Shown here one piece after another: positions 6,082 through 16,009 of a stretch of DNA of 45,405 bases. This stretch comes from a virus. The first letter of the stretch is position 1. Each line of letters begins with the position of its first letter. Made by a program: the position numbers and the translations under genes. The stretch covers positions 1-45,405 of the IMG/VR virus record IMGVR_UViG_3300034069_000390; one strand, given 5' to 3'. The notes under the pieces are model-generated. The model was not told the origin of the DNA. It made no database searches and saw only the letters and a list, made by a program, of their open reading frames with translations.

Positions 6082-7994
6082 AGCCCCGGCACAGGCGGGC
6101 TGACGATCGACGGATCATCGTACCGCGCCTTGACCGCGTTGGCGACGGCGGTGTTGGCAAAGTTCGAGTTCGGCGCCCCTTGGAAGTGGACCGTGTTGTT
6201 GCGGTCGGCGGTGCCGTCCTCGGTCCACGTCCCCGACACGTTGACGATCAGGTTGCCGACATACTGCGAGCCGGTCGCCGCCGAACGGATGTAATAATCA
6301 CCCGCTGCACCACCCGTGGGCAGGGCAGCCGTATCCGTCCAATATCCGATGAAGTTCGTAGCCGCCGTGATCGTCGCATTGGTGCGGTAGCAGGACAGCG
6401 GGACCCAACCATAAGTCGCTGCCGTCTGAGATTCGGTCATGCCCGGCGCCTGCTTGTCCGGTCCCGAGAACAGGCCGGGGTTAGCCGCCACCGCGTCTAT
6501 GACTACTTGGCGCGTGTTGATGTAGCGCCCGTTCGTCAGCCGCGCGGTCTCCCTCACGGTCATCATCATGCCGTTGGTCGTGTCGGTGCCGATCTTCATC
6601 GGCTCGTGCCACTTGCCGACGAGGCGCCCGCCCGCGAACGTGAACTCGCGCCGGCCAACGGGGGTCAGCGGGATCATGAGCGTATCGAAGGGCGCAAGCA
6701 GGCGGCGGATCCTGGTCAGCGCGCCGATCGTAACCTGCCAGTCGTTCTCAGTGTTCTGGCCAGCCCAGATGAACGTCGCGCGACCGTAAGCGAGCGTGCC
6801 GGTACGGGCGAAGAATTCGACGCGGCTTGCGATCGAGCTGGAACCTGAGCTGTCGAGGCCGCGAGGGTTGATCGTGATCGCGCCGAACGCCGCAACGAAC
6901 TGCGCAATCGCATTGTGCGTCATACTATCGCCAAAGATATCAACAGCATCAGAATTCGAGTTAACGCCCTGCTGGCCAGGGGCCATCAAGCGGACCTGAT
7001 AGGTGGACGTGCTCTTGTCAGCGCGGCGCACCTCCCAGTCCGAGAGATCACCCGTAATATCGATCATGAAAGGCTTGTTGACCACGGTGGTGCTGATCAG
7101 GTTCGTTGCCACGCCATAGAAGGTGCTACCGTCGTGAAGCAGCCAGTCGTTGACCGCGAGAACCACGCCGCTGATCGTGCCGGCAACCGAGATCTGCCAA
7201 GCATCGCCCTTGACGGGGTTCGTCGGCGCGGTGCCGGTAGACGCGTCGAGCTCACCTCGGTTGACCATCTCGCCAAGCTCGTTGCGAACCCGGCTGTAAC
7301 CTCGATAGAGGTTGTCACCAAGCAACACGATACGATCGCCAATGGCATAGGTGACGCCGGCGAACACACCTGCGGCGCTGACGTTCCACCAGTCGCGATC
7401 TGCAGTGGCTGCGGTACCAGCGGGCGCACGTTGCACCACCCATGCGTTGTTCCAGCGCACGACCAGATCGCCAGGGTAGAGCGTGCCAAGGCCGGTGCCG
7501 GCGTTCGTGATCGTGCCGCCGCCGATCGGGTACACGTCGAGGTAGTCACCGTTGTTGACGCCCGCCGTCGCTGGCAGACCAACGGACGAGTATAGCCGGT
7601 AACCGTAATCGGTCGTGTTCGAGAGCGTGCCGATGTTGTTGAGGCTCTGCACACCGGTCGCTGCTGCATCGGGGTTCCAGTCGCCCATCGATCGCACGCC
7701 CGGCATGTTGACGCGCATGCGGCGACGAAACTGGAATGCGACAGGGATGCCACCAGGAAGCTGGTTGCGGATGTACTGCGTGCCCTCCAGATCGGGCAGG
7801 CGCACCCATGCGTAACCTGTGTTGGAGGTGATCGCGCCGGTGCCCTGCTCGACACTCAGCATGCCATCGGGCTTGACCGGCTTTACGGTCTTGCGACCCT
7901 TTGCGACGATGTTGGACGTGTCCACAGCGGCATTGATAGTTTCGCGGAAATCTAGTCCGGAGCCGCCATTAACGAGTGTTTTAAGTACGGTCAT
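6078..7994 (-). CDS. tail fibre / receptor-binding protein with an SGNH-esterase-like central domain (tentative)
   Basis: 638 aa in the tail-fibre block. VDIFGDSMT (GDS block I), GLDSSGSS (block II-like), IWAGQNTEND (GxN block III-like). Confidence 0.65.
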   Translation of the reverse strand: MTVLKTLVNGGSGLDFRETINAAVDTSNIVAKGRKTVKPVKPDGMLSVEQGTGAITSNTGYAWVRLPDLEGTQYIRNQLPGGIPVAFQFRRRMRVNMPGVRSMGDWNPDAAATGVQSLNNIGTLSNTTDYGYRLYSSVGLPATAGVNNGDYLDVYPIGGGTITNAGTGLGTLYPGDLVVRWNNAWVVQRAPAGTAATADRDWWNVSAAGVFAGVTYAIGDRIVLLGDNLYRGYSRVRNELGEMVNRGELDASTGTAPTNPVKGDAWQISVAGTISGVVLAVNDWLLHDGSTFYGVATNLISTTVVNKPFMIDITGDLSDWEVRRADKSTSTYQVRLMAPGQQGVNSNSDAVDIFGDSMTHNAIAQFVAAFGAITINPRGLDSSGSSSIASRVEFFARTGTLAYGRATFIWAGQNTENDWQVTIGALTRIRRLLAPFDTLMIPLTPVGRREFTFAGGRLVGKWHEPMKIGTDTTNGMMMTVRETARLTNGRYINTRQVVIDAVAANPGLFSGPDKQAPGMTESQTAATYGWVPLSCYRTNATITAATNFIGYWTDTAALPTGGAAGDYYIRSAATGSQYVGNLIVNVSGTWTEDGTADRNNTVHFQGAPNSNFANTAVANAVKARYDDPSIVSPPVPGL

Positions 7995-9262
7995 GCTGCG
8001 TCCTTCCAGATATCAGCGTCATTCCAGGTAGCGGTGTCGTTCCAGGTGCCGTTGGCGAAGACGCTGGGCGAAGCAGCGACAACGATGGTCACGGCACTTA
8101 CGCGAGGTGTGTTTGACGCCCCCGCAAGTGTCTCGGTTAGGTTGAAGTTATATGTTGCTGCCGTTGTCGGCGTGCCTGAAATTGTGCGGGCAGCGCTGTT
8201 TAGCGTCATGCCAGAAGGCGGTGTGCCAGTAACCGCAGAGCCCGCAGTCGCACCTAGAATATTGATTGTCTTGGAGGTTCCGCGTGTGGCTGAGGAACTG
8301 GACAAAGTAAGCGCACCCAGAACAGGTGCGGCTGGCGATACGGCGACAACGCCACTGGAAACACGGGGGCTATTCGTCGCGCCAGCCAGTGTTTCGGTTA
8401 TATCCACCGAGCCCGCGACGCTAGGCGTTCCGGTAATCGACGTTCCGGTAATCGACAATCCCGCAGAGCCTGCGCCAGAAAGAGCCAAGGTGCTCCCGGC
8501 AGTCGTGCCGCTGATGGTTGCCGAGTATGCTAGTCCAATAGTTGCTGTGGCTGGCGCAACGACAAGGGCGTTCAGGGTAATTACGGGTGCGACCGAAGAA
8601 ACCGTGAAGCCCTGAACGGTGGAATACGCTGTACCACCTAGGCCAACGGCGGCCTCCTGATACGTCAATGTTCCCGTTGCGCTAGGCGTTGCACTCAAGC
8701 CGGTGCTGATCGATGTGCCGTCAAGCAGCCACGCACGCGAAGAGATGGTTCCGTTGGCAACGGCCCCTGGTGTTGCCAGGAAGGTGGTGCCCACAACACC
8801 GCTCGCCGGACTTACCGATGGCTGTGCTGTAAATACAGGTGCGGGCGTGGGCGTAACCGTGCCACCCTCAAGGGCTGTAAGTCGTTGCAGGACAGATGCG
8901 AGCAAGTCTTGCGTCTGTTGATAGGATGCCGCAGCAGAAGAGGCAGACTCTGCCGCCAACAACGCCTGTTCGGCACCATACATCGCCAGACCCGAGATCC
9001 GGCGCTCCGACTGGCCAGCGGCGTTGTACACCTTGATGTCGTAGGTGCCCTCTGGAACCCAGAAGTCATAGTTGCCGAAATTGTCGGCAATGGCGCGGTT
9101 CGCGTAGCCCGATGCGAACTGGATAGGGTTTCCGGCTTCGTTGGCGAAAATCGCCACGGGCACATCGGTGCCTTCCTGCACTACCTCAATCAACGCATCC
9201 TGCAACGCATACAGGCGGCGGCTTGCATCGGTTCCGGATACACTTCCGACATAATGAAACAT
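7991..9262 (-). CDS. tail fibre with repeated Ig-like modules
   Basis: 423 aa. Repeats such as ITGTPSVAGSVDITETLAGATNSPRVS and ISGTPTTAATYNFNLTETLAGASNTPRVS. The N-terminal fibre-type domain is shared in pattern with the next gene. Confidence 0.7.
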   Translation of the reverse strand: MFHYVGSVSGTDASRRLYALQDALIEVVQEGTDVPVAIFANEAGNPIQFASGYANRAIADNFGNYDFWVPEGTYDIKVYNAAGQSERRISGLAMYGAEQALLAAESASSAAASYQQTQDLLASVLQRLTALEGGTVTPTPAPVFTAQPSVSPASGVVGTTFLATPGAVANGTISSRAWLLDGTSISTGLSATPSATGTLTYQEAAVGLGGTAYSTVQGFTVSSVAPVITLNALVVAPATATIGLAYSATISGTTAGSTLALSGAGSAGLSITGTSITGTPSVAGSVDITETLAGATNSPRVSSGVVAVSPAAPVLGALTLSSSSATRGTSKTINILGATAGSAVTGTPPSGMTLNSAARTISGTPTTAATYNFNLTETLAGASNTPRVSAVTIVVAASPSVFANGTWNDTATWNDADIWKDAA

Positions 9263-9296
9263 CAGGTTATTACCTCGCCGCTTTGTTCAAAGGCTG

Positions 9297-10976
9297 TCAT
9301 GCGACCGTCGCCAGTTTGATAGGCTGACCATCTGCACCTATGATCGTGATAAAGCCGGTTATCTGCACATCAGAAGTTGGCGATCTAACCTGATCGAGTT
9401 GAAGCGTCGTAAAGTGCGCCCCACCCAATACATCGATGAACATCACTTTAGCACCCGCCGCCGTGTAGCCCTGCACAAAGTCACCAGCAGGACCGGTGTC
9501 AGTGTTCCGCCATATCGAAATTCCAGGCGCGTTGTTCGCGAGCTGCCGACCCTCGAACAAACCGCGCAAAGTCGTGGGCGCATTGTTAAAATGTAGGCCG
9601 TTAGCGATTGTCTCTGGCGCACCAGTTTTGCCGTTGAAATATTCGGTATCGATGCTGAAAGGCTGGCGTGCGTTTATATATACGCCGGTATCACAAGAGC
9701 GCATGGCAACGCCGACCGTCCACGGGGCAGCGCCCGCGCGCTGGATGTCCACGGCGTACATGATCGCGTTGCCTTCACCGTGCCCGGTCATGAAGATACC
9801 GCGTGAAGGCAGGCCACCACCATCATTGATGGCGATCAAGTCAATTTCGTAAGCGTTGGCGGGCGCGCCTGTCAGGTTAATGACATCGTTGCGAATGCCA
9901 TACGCCATATCCTTGCTGTTCGGCCCGCCCGTGGTGATCCCACGATACTCAATAGCCATCCACTGCTTCTTGTAGATGGTGAACGAACCCGTCGCGCTCG
10001 CGCCACTCCAAGGAGTCGGCCCAGCAGGCCCAGCGCCCGCGTCTACGCCAAAAGTGACAGAATCAACAGTTACATCCCACACTCGCATGAATGGCTGACC
10101 AACTTGAGGCCAACCTGTCACCGCGCTTTCGATCCGATCCCCGCGTTTGATTTGGCTGGTTAAATCAGTGCCAACGCCGGTGATGGTAGCCGAACCCGTG
10201 GTCAAGTTGCCGGTGATCGGGTAGGCGTAGCCGAAATCTTCCACCAGCTCGCGGGTATCGCCAATCAGTGCGCCGCCGTTGAGCGTTTTCTGATTGCGGA
10301 AGTCGTACTGGACATTCGAGCCGAACGTCTGATTGTACGGGTTGGTGATGGGCGAGAGGAACTTAAGGCCAGTGTCAGGAAGGCCGACACCCGGCCCGAA
10401 GAACGATGTTGTAGTATCAACCTGCCAGTTCACATGCTTGCTGCGGTTGTTGTGACCAATGCCCGCAACAACAGTAAACGAAACCGGGTCTGGATTGGCC
10501 GAGAGATAGTAGCCTGTCCCCACGTTGGGCACATAGATCGTGCCACCGGCAGGAGCTGCGTTAAAGGCAGCGACGAACGCCGGGTAAGCATCGGTCACTC
10601 CGTCAGTGGGCGCGCCGAAGTCCAACACATTGATGAAGTCGCGCAGCTTGCTTTGAACAGTACGACCAACCGCGCCATTGCCTAGCTGCTTGAAGCCCTC
10701 CGTGCCCACAGGATCGATATCAGCGCGCGTTACGGTCCCGCCACTCGGAAACTTCAGGACCGCTCGAACCAGGTTGGCGTCATCGAAATAGATAGCCGGA
10801 AAACGGCCCGCTGAATTGGCCTTGACGACGGACCCCAACGACACCGCGAAGGCCGCATCCGCATAAACAGCAAGCGGCGTGGTGGTGCCCGAAGCGTAGA
10901 AATTCCACGTCGCGCCAGAGATGGTTGAGCCGTTCGCATCCAGGGCTGGGGTCAGACTGGCTTCAAAAAGGCTCAT
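9297..10976 (-). CDS. tailspike with a pectate-lyase-like beta-helix (depolymerase candidate)
   Basis: INVLDFGAPTDGVTDAYPAFVAAFNAAPAGGTIYVPNVGTGYYL matches the N-terminal cap motif of right-handed beta-helix tailspikes and Pectate_lyase_3 proteins. Confidence 0.75.
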   Translation of the reverse strand: MSLFEASLTPALDANGSTISGATWNFYASGTTTPLAVYADAAFAVSLGSVVKANSAGRFPAIYFDDANLVRAVLKFPSGGTVTRADIDPVGTEGFKQLGNGAVGRTVQSKLRDFINVLDFGAPTDGVTDAYPAFVAAFNAAPAGGTIYVPNVGTGYYLSANPDPVSFTVVAGIGHNNRSKHVNWQVDTTTSFFGPGVGLPDTGLKFLSPITNPYNQTFGSNVQYDFRNQKTLNGGALIGDTRELVEDFGYAYPITGNLTTGSATITGVGTDLTSQIKRGDRIESAVTGWPQVGQPFMRVWDVTVDSVTFGVDAGAGPAGPTPWSGASATGSFTIYKKQWMAIEYRGITTGGPNSKDMAYGIRNDVINLTGAPANAYEIDLIAINDGGGLPSRGIFMTGHGEGNAIMYAVDIQRAGAAPWTVGVAMRSCDTGVYINARQPFSIDTEYFNGKTGAPETIANGLHFNNAPTTLRGLFEGRQLANNAPGISIWRNTDTGPAGDFVQGYTAAGAKVMFIDVLGGAHFTTLQLDQVRSPTSDVQITGFITIIGADGQPIKLATVA

Positions 10977-11083
10977 TCAGTTGCCATCCCGTCAAATTGG
11001 CGCAATACTTGCTTAGCATGAAAACTTATCTGACGCCAAGGCTCTGGCTGTATTTCCTACCGTGCTGGTGGTTCGCGCCTAAC

Positions 11084-13906
11084 CTACTGTTCTTGTTCAC
11101 TGGCAGCAGCCCTGGTAGCTGGTGATTGCGCGACCGTTCCCATCAGATAATCCTGCAGACCCTTGGCATCGGCCCGCAATCCAGGGTCATTCGCGGCAAT
11201 CACGCCTAGCTTCTGGCTTAATGTCCTACGCACCTCTTCTTCGGGCAGCTTTTTGGTCGAGGCGATTGCGCGGGCAACGCGAGGAGAAGCCAGCAGCTTA
11301 CCAAGGCTGAACGTGCCGCCAGAGTAAGCCGCTGCTGTGAGGATACCTGCTGGACCGGTAAGAGCGGTCAGTCCTGTAGCAGTAAAGTTAGCCCCTAGTG
11401 CCGTCTTGGAGGTGTTGCGATACGAACCGGCACGCTTCATGGCATCAGTAATCATCGCCACATCCTCAAGATCCTGGCGATGCTGCTTGTTGGGAAACAG
11501 CACCGTCTTGGCTCTGTCGGACAAAGACTTCCACTGCGTGGCGAACACATCGGGTGCAAAGACCTCCGCGCCGCCATTCGCGGGCGTAGCCTGCCCTAGC
11601 TTCTGCACCACCGTAGCGCGAACCGTATCTGCCTCATCGGCGGGCATAGAGCGGATGGTTCGCGCAAGGCGGGTGAAGTCGCCAGTCTTCGACTGCGCCC
11701 AAGTGTTTAGCGTGCGAAATACAGCCTCATCTGACTTCTGGTTCTGGCTTCCGAACAGCGAGGAAAATACATCTTCCAAGCGGCCTTCACGCCCGCGCCA
11801 ATACTGGTTGGCTCGCTTGAACTCTTGCAGGGCTTTTGGGCCGGCGCGGGCGGCGGTGACTTCCATGTCAGACGAAAGGGCACCGTATAGCTTACGCAGG
11901 CCCGCTACGTCAGAGCCATCGGCGGCAACGCCTGGCTGGCCAACGATCTCGCCCACAGTAGAACGAAACCGTTTCATATCCTCCCATGACAGTTCTCCGC
12001 CTTCCGGGGGTTTACTTGCCATCTCTTGCGCGGCCTGTACTTCCGCGCGCGCGTCATCGACAGCAAGGCGCGCAGCATTTTGCTGCTCCGCACTGGTTAC
12101 TCCAGAGCGAACGACTTGGTATGCATCTTGAGCCTTGGACAGCTTTTCTGACGCAGCAATAAATGCCTCACGCCCCTTCGGTGCCAAATCTTCCGGCGTC
12201 AAAGCCTCCAACGTCGCACGCAACCTCGGGTGGTTGGCCCACAGCTTGGACAACTCAGGGTTGCTTTGCATCCCGCGTGTCACTTCAGCCAAAGCGCCTC
12301 GGGTCTGGCCTAGCTGCACCTTGCTTTCAGCGGGTACAGAAACGCGCTCGAACAGCTCACCGCCACGAGCAAGGCTGCTACGTTCAAACTGTTTGAACCC
12401 ACGCCGCGCTGCCTGTCCAGCAGTGGCATCGCCAGCATCTTCGCTAATGGCCGAAGCAATGCGGTTGCGGGCGCGCCCAGCAGACGCAACAGATCGTTCC
12501 GCCCCTTCTGCAAGGGGAATGCCCCCAAGCGTCATGCCCGTTGCCCCTGTGGCCATCCGCGTGCCTACGCCACCAACATCGGCAGGTAGCATATCCACCT
12601 TCTGGCGATCTGCAGCCGCCATAAGAGCGTTAGGTGTGCGAACACCCGTTCCTGCCCGAGCCAAACGGTTAGCGGCACCGTAGCCAGCCACACCACCCAC
12701 CAACGTTCCCGCAATCTGCCCTGGTGTGCCACCTACAGCCTGCCCGATCATACCCAAGGCACTTGCGCCAGCCCCCGCGACGGCATCGCGTCCCGGCGTT
12801 GCGCCGAACGTCGAAAGGGCGCTGCGGACAGGAGCTGAACTTGCCACCATGGATGCACCACGCCCCGCAAAGGATCCCGTTAGCGCACTGACACCGCCGC
12901 CGATGATGGTGTTGGCAACATTGTCCTGATTTTTGGGTAGGCCAAGATCGGAGCGCACCTGTGTGGCGAAGTCGGACGTGTAGTTGTCATACCCCATCGC
13001 CCGCCCGATGGTGGTTGCTATAGGGTCAACCACGATGGCCGGGATACTAGCTGCCCCCTCAACGATGCTGCTGACGCCTTGCAGCAGGCCATCACCGATG
13101 CCACCGCCACCGCCTGGCCCGCCACCTGGGCCGGGAGGAGAATCTACGCTAGTGTCAGTAGCGGTGCCGGTAATACCTTCCGCGCGCTCCCTGGCTGTAA
13201 AACCTTCCTTATCGACCTCATCAGCCGCCGCAGCAGCATCAGGCCGCAAAGCCTCATCAAGCCCAGGCGTCACATAAGGTCGATAGCCGTTGGCTGGCGT
13301 GTAGAAGTCATTGGCCTCCCTGATCTGCGCCTGAAGCTGCTCGCGAAACTTCTCCAGCTTGACTTGCGCAACCTCTGGACGATCCTGCACGGTGGGCACA
13401 AACGGCGTAAAGCGGGGAGCTTCCGATGCCGAGACTGCAGCGCCCGAAAGATCATGGATCTTGAAAGCCCCGACAGCGCCGATGCTTGCTCGCACGCCAG
13501 TTCCATCAGGATCATGCCATTGCGTAAAGATCTCACCTAGCGCACCCGTGCCCGTGCCGATGGACTCAGGACGCTTCTTCAGACCAGCAAGCGCGGTGTC
13601 GATCTCGCGCAAGGTCTTAAGGTTTTCCTGAATGCCCGTTGCCGCTGCGGCTGGAATGCGCTCGCGCTCGGCGCGGTTGGCGGCTTCTTCCGCACGGCGC
13701 GCAGCATCCTTCGACAAGTCAAGCTGCTGATACTGGATGGCTTGATCTTGGTTGGCGCGTGCCTCACCCGCTTGCGCACGAGCTTCGCCAGACTGACGGT
13801 AAGCAGCCTGTGGATCAGGCGCACCATAAATAGGCCCCGGTGCAGCCGCAGGAGCGCCACCGCCGTTGAGCATCGCCAGCAGTTCGGGATCGGTTACTTC
13901 TGGCAT
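11084..13906 (-). CDS. large internal virion / DNA-ejection protein (940 aa)
   Basis: Occupies the position of P22 gp16/gp20-type genes. Charged coiled-coil N-terminus. Long Gly/Ala-rich glycine-zipper-like hydrophobic segment (GGVSALTGSFAGRGA...GTLVGGVAGYGAA). Confidence 0.65.
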   Translation of the reverse strand: MPEVTDPELLAMLNGGGAPAAAPGPIYGAPDPQAAYRQSGEARAQAGEARANQDQAIQYQQLDLSKDAARRAEEAANRAERERIPAAAATGIQENLKTLREIDTALAGLKKRPESIGTGTGALGEIFTQWHDPDGTGVRASIGAVGAFKIHDLSGAAVSASEAPRFTPFVPTVQDRPEVAQVKLEKFREQLQAQIREANDFYTPANGYRPYVTPGLDEALRPDAAAAADEVDKEGFTARERAEGITGTATDTSVDSPPGPGGGPGGGGGIGDGLLQGVSSIVEGAASIPAIVVDPIATTIGRAMGYDNYTSDFATQVRSDLGLPKNQDNVANTIIGGGVSALTGSFAGRGASMVASSAPVRSALSTFGATPGRDAVAGAGASALGMIGQAVGGTPGQIAGTLVGGVAGYGAANRLARAGTGVRTPNALMAAADRQKVDMLPADVGGVGTRMATGATGMTLGGIPLAEGAERSVASAGRARNRIASAISEDAGDATAGQAARRGFKQFERSSLARGGELFERVSVPAESKVQLGQTRGALAEVTRGMQSNPELSKLWANHPRLRATLEALTPEDLAPKGREAFIAASEKLSKAQDAYQVVRSGVTSAEQQNAARLAVDDARAEVQAAQEMASKPPEGGELSWEDMKRFRSTVGEIVGQPGVAADGSDVAGLRKLYGALSSDMEVTAARAGPKALQEFKRANQYWRGREGRLEDVFSSLFGSQNQKSDEAVFRTLNTWAQSKTGDFTRLARTIRSMPADEADTVRATVVQKLGQATPANGGAEVFAPDVFATQWKSLSDRAKTVLFPNKQHRQDLEDVAMITDAMKRAGSYRNTSKTALGANFTATGLTALTGPAGILTAAAYSGGTFSLGKLLASPRVARAIASTKKLPEEEVRRTLSQKLGVIAANDPGLRADAKGLQDYLMGTVAQSPATRAAASEQEQ

Positions 13907-13907
13907 A

Positions 13908-14999
13908 TTAACCCCTTGGCTCCATGTGAACGTGGTCGCCCTCGTTTATCACATCCTTGTCAGGATTCTCGCGGCGCAGGACAGCGGCGTATTGTGCCAT
14001 GCTCATGCCGCGCGGCGGCACACTGTCCCGCGCAAGCGGATTGCCTTTTGCATCGCGGCGCATGTGGTAGCTGTTCGACACGCCACCAACCCGTTTGTTG
14101 CGTGCAGGATCGCGATACGTGCTAGTCACAGTCTCGCCAGCAAGCCCGTTGAAGTTTGCCGTTTGTACGGTCACAGGGCGGCGAAATCCACCAGACGCGG
14201 GTTGCGTCTGACCTCCCATCGGTTCGTCGTGCCATGTGCCGCCGTAATTATAGTAGGTTTTGCCGTTGATAACCTTTGTCGTCTCTGGTTGGGCGCTGCC
14301 AACTGGAGAGCCCGCAGGAGCGTTGCCGGGGTTAGGGGCAATGAGCATACGGGATTGGCCGGTGTTCTCGTTGTAGGCAACTGCGGAGCCACCTGCTTGT
14401 AGTGCGATCACCTTTTCAGCCGAACGCGACATAGCCGCTCTAAATACCGGGCTATTAGGGTCACGGTCTTTCGGGTCGAGCGTGGCCATCACGTTCTTGA
14501 CTTCAGTTGTCATTAAGTCAGGGTCTTCCCTAAACGCGGAAAGCACCTTGACCTGACTGTCCCGCCAAGTGGGATCGAACTGCGTTGGCAGGTTTTGCTC
14601 AGTAGCCAGTCCCAAGCTTATGGCTTGCGAACGCAATTGCTGCCAGTTCTCAGGGCTGGCCTGCTGGAGCATGTTGATCTGCGTCGGAATACCTTTGACC
14701 GCCGCCTCCCGCTTGTCAGCCTCTGCCTTCACTTGGGCACTTGCCTGCTGCGCCTGCTGAGTGCGAAACTTGAAAGCGAGTTCGGGGTTAACGCCGGCCA
14801 AGTCACGCAATGCGCTGTCCGCGTTGCCTTGGCCATCGCCAATGCCGGGAGTGCGCGCACCACCGCCCAGAAGCACACTCAAGGCGTTGTTTTGCGTTTG
14901 CTGGTCACGATCCTTTTTAATCGTCTGGCCGATCTGCAGACCAGTCGCCAAAGCGTTCTGAAAGCCGTTTCCGCCGCTAAGGCCCCAGTTGACCGCCAT
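13908..14999 (-). CDS. ejection protein with a C-terminal M15-type peptidoglycan peptidase domain
   Basis: STYRDPARNKRVGGVSNSYHM...ARD...GDHVHME fits the S-x-H-x(n)-D ... H-x-H zinc peptidase pattern of the M15/VanY-like family. ATG at 14999 (TGATG overlap) is preferred over the TTG at 15020. Confidence 0.7.
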   Translation of the reverse strand: MAVNWGLSGGNGFQNALATGLQIGQTIKKDRDQQTQNNALSVLLGGGARTPGIGDGQGNADSALRDLAGVNPELAFKFRTQQAQQASAQVKAEADKREAAVKGIPTQINMLQQASPENWQQLRSQAISLGLATEQNLPTQFDPTWRDSQVKVLSAFREDPDLMTTEVKNVMATLDPKDRDPNSPVFRAAMSRSAEKVIALQAGGSAVAYNENTGQSRMLIAPNPGNAPAGSPVGSAQPETTKVINGKTYYNYGGTWHDEPMGGQTQPASGGFRRPVTVQTANFNGLAGETVTSTYRDPARNKRVGGVSNSYHMRRDAKGNPLARDSVPPRGMSMAQYAAVLRRENPDKDVINEGDHVHMEPRG

Positions 15000-16009
15000 C
15001 AGTAAATCCCTCGTGGCCAAGTGCTACTAGATCCCATGCTGCCAGCGGGACGCAAGGCACCAAGCGCGCCACTCAAACCTACGCCACCAATTGTCCCAAG
15101 CGCGTTGCCCAGACCGTTGTTCTGCCCCGCGATCAGCGCAGCGTTAGAACGGCCATCAGCGGCGTTCTGGTTGTTCGCGCCAACCGCACCAGCGTAGTTC
15201 TGGCCCACACCAGCCAAGGCGGAGGCAGCGCCCAGGCCCTGCGCGGATTGGCCGGCCAACTGCCCGGTGTATTCGTTACGATACCCCGCCTGCAGGTTCT
15301 GGCGATACTTCTCCAATGCCTTCATGGCGGATCCAGACTGCAACGCGCCTGTGCCCGCATAGCCAGAGTTAACCTGATTGGCACCAGTGGCGAACTGGAA
15401 GCCATAATCAGAGTTCGAGATGTAGCTGCCGAACGCATTGTTGGCGTCTGCCATCGTCACGGCAGGTGACGCAGCCGCAGGATTAGCACCCATGCCTGGC
15501 ACAGCGGCCCGCGCTGGATTTGCCGAAACATAGGAATTGAGCCTGGATATCTCTCCGCTATCCGCCATTCCTCTTAGCGTTGCCAGCAATTGCTGCGGAT
15601 CTGCGCCTTGGTTGGCATTGTAATAGTTTTGCATGGCGCGCCCGGTCTTGCTATCGCCAACGCCCAAAAGGTATTGAACCTGCGACGCCGCATCGGCTCC
15701 CGCATAAGCTGGGGTTCCCGCACTACCCGGGGATGCAGCAGCAGTGACCTGCTGGCTGGGCAGTCCCAAGAAGGCGTTAAGATAATTCCCCGCCGTATTG
15801 CCGCGATCCATAAACGGCGACAGGGCCGTTTTGTTGGATGCGTAGATATCACGCTGCAGGGCGTTGTTCTCGGCGGCGGCTTGCGCCTGCGCGTCAGCGG
15901 CCTTGCCCGCTGCCTTCTTTTGCGATGACGCGCTAAGAGCAGAGCCACCCGCTGAAAGTGCTGCGCTACCTAGACCGATTGCTAACGCCGTTCCAAGTGC
16001 CAAGATCAC
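14999..16009 (-). CDS. internal virion / ejection protein, Gly/Ala/Gln-rich (336 aa)
   Basis: N-terminal TM-like helix MILALGTALAIGLGSAALSAGG. Low-complexity body. GTGA coupling to the GNAT gene. Confidence 0.6.
   Translation of the reverse strand: MILALGTALAIGLGSAALSAGGSALSASSQKKAAGKAADAQAQAAAENNALQRDIYASNKTALSPFMDRGNTAGNYLNAFLGLPSQQVTAAASPGSAGTPAYAGADAASQVQYLLGVGDSKTGRAMQNYYNANQGADPQQLLATLRGMADSGEISRLNSYVSANPARAAVPGMGANPAAASPAVTMADANNAFGSYISNSDYGFQFATGANQVNSGYAGTGALQSGSAMKALEKYRQNLQAGYRNEYTGQLAGQSAQGLGAASALAGVGQNYAGAVGANNQNAADGRSNAALIAGQNNGLGNALGTIGGVGLSGALGALRPAGSMGSSSTWPRGIY

Noticed and set aside
6030-6848. Long ORFs antisense to large genes. Examples: 6030..6848 (+), 6915..7595 (+), 11337..12131 (+), 22124..23020 (+), 36526..37212 (-), 39336..40022 (-), 38034..38603 (-).
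   Set aside because: These are typical shadow ORFs of a GC-rich genome. Their translations are Arg/Ala/Pro/Gly-biased with no motifs, and each fully overlaps a gene that has clear motifs and operon coupling on the other strand.
6078-10976. A diversity-generating retroelement near the tail-fibre genes, as occurs in BPP-1-type podoviruses.
   Set aside because: No reverse transcriptase gene is present anywhere in the window. I saw no template/variable repeat pair near the 3' ends of the fibre genes.
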